Source of the DNA: Euprymna scolopes | Taxonomy: Eukaryota | Strand: one strand, 5' to 3' | Assembly: GCA_053919585.1 (NCBI GenBank) | Contig: CM132790.1 | Length of the DNA stretch: 64,000 nucleotides | Shown: in pieces, positions 38,916 to 49,075 of the stretch | How positions within the stretch are numbered: position 1 is the first letter of the stretch | How the letters are laid out: the number at the start of each line of letters is the position of its first letter | Notes under the pieces: generated by a model | What the model was told of the DNA's origin: nothing | Seen by the model: the letters and a program-made list of their open reading frames with translations, nothing else | The model's database searches: none | Translations under genes and position numbers: made by a program

Positions 38916-39695
38916 TTGAGATAGTACTGCACATATTGTAGATTTGCCAGCCCACTTGCCTGTGTGTCATCGTATTAATGTGTGTAACAATTAAATAATT
39001 TACTCCATGTGTATTTATACCCATTAATAAACAGAGATTATGTCATATAAATGTTAAGGTATTCTTTAAGAAGATGACGTAACATTAACTAGTATACTTG
39101 GATCATCTATACAATATTAAGTCCTCGTCATATAATAAGGTATACGCGTGTTTTGCATCATATATAAGAACTAAGAAATAAGGAATAAGTATTTCGTAAA
39201 TATGATTACGTTTTCTAATGACACAATGTAAATATATGGCGCATTACCAATGCTAGTAGGTTTCTTATAACCTATTAAGTTTTTTGTTTAAATTAGTCGA
39301 CAAGGGTGTTTAATTTGCACATGACAGAACAAGACTGCTTACTTTTGTGCTAAGACGTATAAAATAATTGGGCCACGGAACATCGTTACTGTAATAAAGA
39401 CGATAACAAATGTAATTACTTTAGAGTAGAAGGAGCGATATACATCGTACGTCCTATCTCTGCCCGTCCACATAGTTCTCTAACCTTTAGAGAAAATTAT
39501 TTTACATGCCTCCGGTCAGTCAAGGTCGCATGTCTGCTACTATAAATGACCACGGAAAACATGAATGTGGTAAATTTCCTCGATCAGAGAATCCATGTGA
39601 CATTTGGGCGGAGCAGAGGAAATCTGTAAATCCACTACTCGATCTAAGCATTTGCTGATGCAGTATGTACGATATATTTTATGTCGTTTAGCATT

Positions 39696-40219
39696 TTAAT
39701 TTTATTTTATTTCGGACTATTAGTCTCATCTTATCTTTTTATTGGTGCACAACGTTTCGGCCAACTTCCTCTGGCCTTCGTCAGGTGGTAACCGCGACGG
39801 ATAGGAACTTCGAATCTCCTATCTGCATTCTCAGCCATCACTGCCATCCGTAGTTGTTGTCGTCTCACCACATTTTTGACCAATTACCTCTGGGGCCCGT
39901 GGAGCAGTTGATAGAGACGTAGAATCTCTACGGTCCCAGATGAACATTGTCTGAAGATAGCGGTTTCAATCCCACCCAAAGCGTGCCAGAGGTAATTGGT
40001 CAAAAATGTGGTGAGACGACAACAACTACGGATGGCAGTGATGGCTGAGAATGCAGTTAGGAGATTCGAAGTTCCTATCCGTCGCGGTTACCACCTGACG
40101 AAGGCCAGAGGAAGTTGGCCGAAACGTTGTGCACCAATAAAAAGATAAGATGAGACTAATAGTCCGAAATAAAATAAAATTAACATACAATGCCCATCTC
40201 AAAAATAAAAAATTCCAAA
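39696..40219 (+). mobile_element. Young non-coding PLE insertion: inverted pLTR pair plus 36-nt tail, flanked by a 13-bp TSD
   Basis: 198-bp arms 39696-39893 and 39986-40183 with one mismatch, 92-bp spacer, tail 40184-40219, and TSD GTCGTTTAGCATT at 39683-39695 and 40220-40232. Confidence 0.9.
40092..40131 (+). ncRNA. Minimal hammerhead ribozyme motif (mirror copy at 39748-39787, minus)
   Basis: CAC-CTGACGA-A-GGCCA-GAGGAAGT-TGGCC-GAAACGTT-GTG: stem I CAC/GTG, 5-bp stem II, palindromic ACGT stem III (needs a dimer) and a GUU triplet. Confidence 0.75.
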
Positions 40220-42428
40220 GTCGTTTAGCATTGTCAAGAAAATGAATCTAATATTTTGATGGACAATGTATTTATATAATCCCTGTAAACCATTTGATGC
40301 GACCGTAAACATTTTACAATTTATATTCTTAAACAAGCATTAAGTCAAAGTAATGAAACATTTATCCACGTATTGGCATCATTATAGCAAGGGTGATTAA
40401 TAGCCATGACACATTATTCCATGACATGCCTACGATCGTGATTTATTAGATTGTGTTGTTATTCAGGATGCACATTTACAAAATAAATAAGTTGATCCTT
40501 GATATTTTCATCCTAAATTTTATAGAACATTGACATGTGTTATATATCCCAGGGGATAATGTATGCGTTTATATCAAGCACTGCATAAATTCGAAGATTA
40601 AAAAAAGCTAAAGTATTAGCACATAAAACAAGTACACGGACCAAAGTATATGAAATACCGATAAATCGTATATGTAAATAGCGGAATAAATATAGAAACT
40701 ATAATACATTTACTTTCTCGTTTTATTGTTAATATTATACACTTAACTGTAACACAAGTAAAACATGAAAATGATTGAAAATATGCTAACAAATATTTAA
40801 CACTTTACAGAATGTGGTATATGTAAATATATGTATATGTATTTTTTAATACATATATATATATATATATATGTATATTTATAAACCTATTTCCGCATAA
40901 AATTATTCATGTATATAAATGATTCCCAAATAATGTCGCCCTGTATTATTTTATATGTTGATATACGTGCGTCGCTAAAAAAATAACCTTGATGTTGTTT
41001 TATAGTAAGTATTGATAATTTTCGAACAATCCATGCATGGAATGCCAAAAAAGATTTTAAATCGATAGGTGTAGATACTCCCGGGGCAGTTGGGCTAAGC
41101 GGTGTTGGGATGAAGTTTCCAACTAATCATTAAAATAGCGAGATAATCTATTTTTATTAGATAATCCACTAATAGATAGCTATTAATAATTAGTACGCAT
41201 TCATTAATAGAATATCATCATACAACCGCAATATCTCTGCTTACCGAGAGAAGATTCGACCTCATATTTCAAACGGTAGTTTATATAATTTATTCTCTTT
41301 TACCTCACTAACAGCGGAGTAAATTATCCCAATGGCTTGAATTGTTATTTGTTTTTTTCTTCTTGCTGAACGTTATCAGTTTTCTTCCTTGGGCCCACCT
41401 TCAAAAACTTGGAGGAGGTACTGTAACATAGGCCCACTCGGAGATATTACTCCATCCCGTTCTAATCCACTCCAATCAGTTCCTCACTGATTCAGACCTT
41501 TTAAATATGCTTTATGGGGTTGATATCTGCTACCTCATCTCATTTTTTGATTCGTTTAGTCGTATCTGATGTGGTCGTTATTATAACATAGAAATACTCC
41601 TTCCTCATTATCACTATAATTTTCCGCTGGTTCTATTCGAAAATACAAAACATTCCCTTGAATCTTTCACGTCGTCGCTATTGCGTTCGAATTGTACTGC
41701 CATTCTTACATAAAGTTTACATCGTTTTCGGTTCTCATATTCAGTGATTACAATCTACGATTTGGGATATATCAGCTGGATCTTGGAAGCTCTGGAGAGA
41801 GAAAAGAAAAATCCAAAAAAATCGGGCAATTAGATAGAATTTAGTGCGCAAAAAAGGTGTTGGGCGCAAAAAGCTGTTAGTTAGTTAGGGGTGATATTTC
41901 TAAATACTCATCGAAGTTTCAGGAATCCAAGCAATGAAATCCGAGTGAATCCGTATGAGAGAAAAAATGTATATCTTAAACTTCTAAAGCCAGCCATAAA
42001 GATTTAAGTATATGAGCTTTGATATGCCCCGTATGAGATGTTATAGAATAAAAAACAAAGCCATACTTGATAAGACTAACCATGCGGAAAGAGTTGATCA
42101 GGACACTTTTGGGACGAAGGAAGTCGTCCATTTCGAGGGAGGTGGAAACCTCTAGTCTGCGGCATATGGATGGCTGGAAAGTAGCTGATGTGAATCCTAG
42201 GTAAAGCCCCTACACACACAAAATAAATGCCAAAAATATCAGAAAGGTTCTGATCTTATAAAAAAATAAAATATTGTAAAGTCGGCCGTGGAGGGTTGAC
42301 TGAAAGAGATTTTTTTTTTTTTTAGCCTGATCTTTCTAGCCGTGTGGTTGTGTAGATGTAAAAATAAAAAAAATGTACTAAATGTAAAAATGCATACATT
42401 TTTTTTTGTGAAATATGGAAGGGAAGGA

Positions 42429-43016
42429 TGTTACATGATAAGGGATGCCCCATTTTCATGTAAGTATAAAAGTAGAGAGATCTACTTAAAATGAAAATAA
42501 AATGCGAGAAAGCACAAATCGGGCCTTGGATATATGTTATAAAGAACAATAGGTTTAAATGGAATGTCCAGTAAATTGTTAATTCTGATGAAATAAATAA
42601 TAAATAAACTATTCAATTGTTAGAAAGAATGTGGATAATAAAATATGGGTTAAATAAATTAGATATGTAGGTTGAATTCATTTGTAAAAACAACACAAGA
42701 AAAATAGGTCATTGGGAAATCATAATGTCGGAAAAGTGCAAAGTCGCGCATGTTGGTGGCACGTGAATTTTGCTCACGTGGCCGGACATGCATGGATGTC
42801 TCAATATAGGAAGTGAGAGTTAGTTAGTTAGAGTCAGTCAGTGAGAAACTCAGGGAGACTATAGAGTTGGAAATTCGAACGTCTAGAAGCGAGACGATCA
42901 CTTTTAAATTTAATATGTGAAGCTTTGAATTCTTGATGAGAAAACCACGGCCGGTCCTGAAGAAATAAAACTATCATGTATTTTTGTAAAACGTCGTCTT
43001 GTGTTGTGATTCTACA
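42429..43016 (+). mobile_element. LTR-like repeat (TGTTAC...CTACA) preceded by a purine tract
   Basis: Homologous to 33811-34452. GGAAGGGAAGGA lies immediately upstream (PPT-like) and AATAAA is at ~42964. Confidence 0.6.
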
Positions 43017-43796
43017 AAAAGGTAAATTGAATTGTTATTATATGTCTATATGTCTGTGTTATTATATGTCGTGACATACACATCTCATATCCACAATGTG
43101 AAGCTACATCTCATATCTACACGAAGACTGCCCGAACACTATCTCATCACTGTAAGAGCTTCTCATATCAACACACCTATTAATCTAAGCAATTCATATT
43201 TAATATATATGAAACGTAATAACATGAACAATCACTCTCACAAAATCTCTCTCTCTCTAAGATACAACATCACTTATAATAAGACTCTCTCAATGAAACC
43301 CCTATATAACATATAAATATTTGGTGCCCGCGGGCCAGTTTGCATCAGCGATTCAAAACCGAACCTGGGATAAATACAATAAATAACATTTGGAGCCGTA
43401 GCGACCTGACCACCCAGCAAGGGTGAGTTAAAACAAAAGAAAAAAAAAACTTGTGTTACCACGGAAAAATAAAAAAAGAAAAAGAAACACAACGTTTTAA
43501 AAGGGTCCAAGATAATTACAAAAATAAATAATACCACGGGAAAAAATTAAACGATCACAGAAATGCGAACAAAAAAAAGAAAAACAAATTGAACACACAC
43601 GCACACAGAAAACTAAAGTTAACAAGAAAATATTAAAAAAGAAAAAAAAAGCCGATATGCCGTAATGAATAATAAAAGAGATACGGTGGGTTCTCATATC
43701 CACAATGTTAATCTACATCTCATATCTTCACGAAGACTGTCTAAACACTATCTCATCACTTTAAGAGCTTCTCATATCAACACATCTATTAATATA

Positions 43797-46700
43797 GGAA
43801 AACTCTGAAACTAAACCAAAGGGGAGAGAGGCCTCTTCAGTCTTGGATGACAACCTTCCTAGAGCTGGTGACTCAAACAAATTCACCGGTTTGCAAACCT
43901 AAATTGCTTAAGGAGTAGATAGGCTCTGTCTATCGCCCGACTTCCATACTCCTTCTTTGCCTATTAGTCAAGCGCAGAGACACTATCTCGGTGATTCGAC
44001 AGAAACACCCAGCGGTAGATCTTGTTTCCTGGCTAGGGCAACGAACGCCGTTCTTCCCCCTTCCCAGCACGCCCAACCCCTAAAACTGAACATTTGGGAG
44101 TGCTTGAGTATAAGATATGCCAGAGCGATTAGATTCGGTTGACCTTCTTCTAATGGGTTGAGGGTACCGGATTGACAGTTCCTGGCTTCTGTTCCCGACA
44201 GGTAGTACAGGAGCCCTAACTCTGGTAGCGCTTAGAGCGGCTGCTCCATCAACAGTTGAATAATATCGGGTTGTTTGTAGTGCCATGACGCGCATGGAAA
44301 GGGACCCTGCACTCATCCCCGGTGGGCTTTTCTGAGGCCACAATCCTAATTGGAGAAAGGTCAGCTGATGGTCTACTTGTGATGCATGTCTTATGCTCTG
44401 CATATCCTCTTGTTTAGCTCCCGCTTTCCGAAACTCTTTAAAAAAATATGACGACAGTACAATTTTAAAGTAAGCTTAAACCAGGATTAGGGACAAACAA
44501 ATGAAACTCGCCTCCTCCCTTAAGGCTCTCATTCACAAATATCCGTGGGCTTAGAACTAACTTAGCTGATGTTGAAGCATTTCTCTTAACAAATACCCCG
44601 GATATCTTAGCACTAAGTGAGACTAACCTACACTGCTCCATTCCCTCTAACCACTTTAACATGCCTGGATATCTCCCACTCTGTCGTAAGGACTCTGACA
44701 GACATATGCACGGACTTGGAGTTTACATTCGTAATACCCTTCCCTTGACTAGAGAAACAAACCTAGAAACAGATGATCAAGCCTTTATGTGCTTTAGACT
44801 AAACATGCAACACAATATTAGCTACAATTATTTTCTCTACCGCTCTCCCTCGACTCAGGATTGCTCCATAATAAACAAAGTATCTGACAGCATATACACG
44901 GCACTGTCCCTCGACACTAGCGCACAAATACATGTATTTGGTGACTTTAATGTCCACCACAAAAACTGGCTTGGATTCTCTACTCACACAGATGCAGCGG
45001 GCAGCACAACCCAGAGCGTCGCTATGTCTGACTCCCTATCACAAATTGTTACGTTTCCAACCCGTTTCCCTGACCAGGAAGAACAAAACGCATCACTTCT
45101 AGATTTGTTTTTGACCACAGTTCCCGATGACTGCATAACGAAGGCCAACAGCCCACTCGGGAACGCTGATCCTGCAGTGATAATGGTTGAAATCGCCCTA
45201 AACTCTAGACCAAAAACTGAAGAGCCAGTGCTCAAAACAACGAGATATTATAATAAGGCTGACTGGGAAGCCATCAGGGAACTAATTAGATATGCTCCAT
45301 GTAAAAAATATTTTCTCTCTCCTTGCTGAACAATGTGCAAACGAGACCAGTGACTGGTTCAAAACTGCAATCGAAGCGCATGTTCCCATGCGGAAATTTT
45401 ATAGTAAGCCCCACTCTCCCCAATGGTTTACGTCGACTTGTGCAACTGCCATTGCTCCAAAGCAGCATGCATACCGTAGGTTTAACCGACATCAGTCGAG
45501 TTCAAACAGACTGAAGTATATAGAAGCTAGAAATAACGTTAAGAAAGAAATAGCGACAGCTAAGAGAGAATTTACGGTTACCACTAAAAAGCGCATCGAA
45601 GCACAAACACTAGTAACTCGAGACTTCTTGAAAATCTACAGTAAATAATGGGCAATCAACAAGTCCCCCACTAACCAACAATCACGAGGTTGTCTCCTCA
45701 GCAACCGACAAGGTTAACATGCTTGCCAGTCGGTTTACCTCAAACTCCACACTGGACCCTTCCAACCACCCCCTACCTTACTTTCCTATGCGGACAGACG
45801 CCACACTAGACGATCTGAAAAATACCCCTGCTCAGGTGCATGCTATCATAAAAAAAACCTTGACACCTCAAAAGCATGTGGACCCGATCTTATCCCAACT
45901 GTGCTATTAAAAAAATGCTCAGCCGAAGTAGCTCCAGTTCTCTCCAAACTCTACAACAAATGCCTTAATGAAGCTTGTTTTCCGGGCTGTTGGAAAACTA
46001 CTTCTGTTGTACCAGTATTTAAGAATTCTGGCGAAAGGACAGACCCATCAAATTATCGCCCCATTAGCCTCCTCCCACTTTTTGCCAAAATATTTGAGAC
46101 CATAATTTACCATGCCCTAGTCCATCATCTTACAGATGCTAAACTACTGACTGACAAACAATATGGATTTAAACAAGCCCGTTCCACAGCAGACATCCTA
46201 ACTGTGATCTCTGAACGTATATACCATTCACTGGACAAAGCGGGGAGGGCAGAGCGGTAGCTCTAGATATATCTAAGGCTTTTGACAGGGTATGGCATGA
46301 GGGTCTCCTCAGAAAATCAAATCATACGGTATCACTGGTAGAATACTTAACATAATTAAATCCTTCTTAGATAAGAGAAAAATCCAGGTTGTCCTCGACG
46401 GTCGAACATCTAAACAATATGATATAAATGCGGGGGCCCCCCAGGGTTCTATCCTTGGACCTCTATTGTTCCTGATATTCATAAATGAGCTCCCCGACAG
46501 CATTGCCTCTGAGATGGGTATATATGCTGATGACACTACACTCTATGGCAGGCACGACATGAAGACGAATGAACACATATCTAAAGAAATGGCAGAAACA
46601 CTAGAGGAAGACCTCCAATCTGTAGTGGAATGGGGACAAAAGTGGTTGGTCGCGTGCAATGCTGCCAAGACTAAACTAGTTTCATTCAATAATTACAAGA

Positions 46701-47446
46701 AACCCTCTCTACCACCCATAGCAATGGCCACCGATTCTTTATCTGAGAGTCCATCTTTCAAACTCCTTGGCCTAACGTTCACAGAAAACATGAGTTGGAA
46801 CAATTACATTGAAGGCATTGCCAGGGCCGCTGCAAGAAAGGTGGGCTCCCTCTACCGTGCTAGAAAACTACTAAGATCCGAAAGTATCATGTACCTCTAT
46901 AAGGCCACCATTCGCCCATGTATGGAGTATTGCTGCCACATCTGGGCTGGTGCATCTGCTACTAGTCTCTCGCTCCTTGACAAGGTTCAAAAGAGAGTCG
47001 CAAACCTGATAGGCCCTGAACTGGCATCTAAGCTTCAGCCTCTGTCCCATCGACGAAATGTTGCATCCCTCTTTCTTTTCTACAAGTATTTTAGTCGTGA
47101 ATGCTCTGGCGAACTGCAATCACTTGTGCCCCCACGACGTGAGCACCCTCGACAAACCCGATAGGCTGCTAAATCCCACCCCCACACTGTAGAGATACCT
47201 AGATGTAAAAGATCTTTTTACTCTAATAGTTTCTTCCCCAGAACCGCTAGACTCTGGAATTCCATTCCAGGTCCCTGCTTCCCCAACAGTACTGACGTGC
47301 AGAAGTTCAAGTGGAATGTTACCCGACACGTTGCGGCCCAAATCCCTACATAGTACCCCAGTAGTTGTTGCCCCTGATAGTAGCCCCCTACACCAAAATG
47401 GCAATTTGCCTTGTTTGGGGTGAAAATGTAATAAAAAAAATAAAAA
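43797..47446 (+). mobile_element. Full-length CR1/Zenon-like LINE with a single EN+RT ORF, disabled
   Basis: TSD TAATATA (43790-43796 and 47447-47453), ~650-nt 5' UTR, APE motifs FTNIRGL/SET/LYRSP/GDFNVH, RT motifs YRPISLL/PQGSILGP/YADD (46523-46534) and an A-rich tail. Confidence 0.95.
44520..47353 (+). pseudogene. LINE ORF2 (AP endonuclease-reverse transcriptase) with several frameshifts and stops
   Basis: Split across ORFs 44661-45329, 45292-45648, 45719-45910, 45901-46260 and 46466-47164. Premature stop at 47162; natural stop probably TAG 47351-47353. Confidence 0.93.
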
Positions 47447-47589
47447 TAATATAAGTAATGAACATTTAATATATATGAAACGTCATAAAACGAACAATAT
47501 CTCTTTTAAACATCCCTCTCTTTCTTTCAACGACAAACTCTCTCTAAGACTCTCTTTTAATGAAACCCCCATATAGCAGTTGCTAACAT

Positions 47590-48400
47590 CGGCGTGATTT
47601 TTATCCATGTCCGGCCGCTAAATTTGCCTTTTCTTTGACAAGTCCTGATACAGTTAACCGTCTATAAGTAAAATCGTCATTCCAGTGTCGATTTTACACA
47701 CGCTTTCCTTCGGCTCTAAGAACATAGGCGATCTGAGTCTTCTTTTATTCCGTTCCAGACTTTTCCAAGATAATCCCGTGCTCTTAGATATCAGTAACTA
47801 TGAAACAGCCTAGGTAGTTGGGTCACTGCTTATGTCCTTCTCTGCGAAATCTTTCCCCTCCGGCCAGATAAGCGATTTCTTTCTAAAAGTACCGACTTTT
47901 CTACAATGCAGCACCATCAAAATGGTTTAAAAGTGATAACATTTGCGGTGCGACCGGCACACCTTCGTATAACTATTACAAGACCTGTTCTGCTGATGCG
48001 TTTCTGTTGAGATTGGAATCGCCGTTTTCCCGCTCTGCGCAAATAGTCCTCAAAGGAAAACCAACCCATCGTATCTAACCGTATATCTACCTTCAAAAGC
48101 ATTGCGTACCGTCTTCGGAAAATGGCATTATTACCTACATTGCTAACACTTATTTTTATGGTAACAGTGGGTGAACTTCGAACACATCCAATATTAAATG
48201 ATCCTTTCTCGAACAAAGACTTATGCGTCAAACTAATCGCCCGCTGACATGTCGATTCCAACTTCCAAAATGTTCTTTTTCGCCAAGTCGGGAATTTTTT
48301 AAGGATATAGTCATTTTGCCCTCTTTACACGTTTGATAAAACACACATTTCTTCTTATGTCATCATTGTGAGTATTTTTCGCTGTTAACAGCCAGAGTCA
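47590..48400 (-). mobile_element. Possible Merlin/IS1595-like transposase remnant
   Basis: TCQRAISLTHKSLFEKGSFNI and LERNKRR..KIDTGMTILLIDG*LYQDLS loosely resemble Merlin motifs. Very decayed. Confidence 0.3.
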
Positions 48401-48774
48401 TTTCCGTTTTGCTTGTTTCTCCTTCTATCAGTTCAAAGTAAAAAAATAAGAAACCATCCAACGTTGAAGCAAACATCCCAATAGATAACGGCATATCGGC
48501 CTGTTTGCGAGGACCTAGTATTAATACCGACACATTAACACGTTTAGCGAATACATTTGATTCCTAATTATATAGACAGCAATATTCTTGTATTTAAGCG
48601 CTGTGGAGTTTATAATACGTTAGAAATATTTTTTTATATATATATATTTCGTATATTATTGTTATGTGAGTAAATGAAGTACGCAAACAGCCCTTCCAAG
48701 TCTCGAGTTTCCCTTCATTTTTGCAAATCAGTGAAACATCCGCACTCGAGATTTGTAAACCCGGGCATCTTGAA

Positions 48775-48890
48775 TACTAAACAGGTGGTAGAGTTCGTGC
48801 CTTGCATGCAAGAGGTTCGGGTTTCAAATCCCAGTCTAGGAGGTGCCTAACTGTTTTGCACTAATGAGACTGACACACAAAACTATTATA
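48775..48890 (+). mobile_element. tRNA-derived (Ala-TGC-like) SINE, degenerate
   Basis: GGTAGAG..GCCTTGCATGCAAGAGGTTCGGGTTTCAAATCCC (anticodon-like loop and B box), then GAGGTG..GCACTAATGAG. Confidence 0.65.
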
Positions 48891-48966
48891 ACTACGTAAA
48901 ACTATTTAATTTTATATTATTTACCATTCTTAGTAATACTATTTAGTAAATTCGTGGTTTAATCAC

Positions 48967-48967
<1 letters not shown>

Positions 48968-49052
<85 letters not shown>
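48968..49052. repeat. (TA)n microsatellite
   Basis: Directly visible. Confidence 0.95.
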
Positions 49053-49053
<1 letters not shown>

Positions 49054-49075
49054 ACAGAAAATCCAAGTCGTTAAT

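Larger units (their letters stand above)
43083..47578. repeat. ~230-bp direct repeat pair, second copy split by the LINE
   Basis: 43083-43310 matches 43692-43796 joined to 47454-47578. Confidence 0.8.

Noticed and set aside
41300-42400. Possible LTR internal region or host exon
   Set aside because: No recognisable protein motif or clear splice structure found by eye; small host exons anywhere in the window cannot be excluded without RNA-seq.
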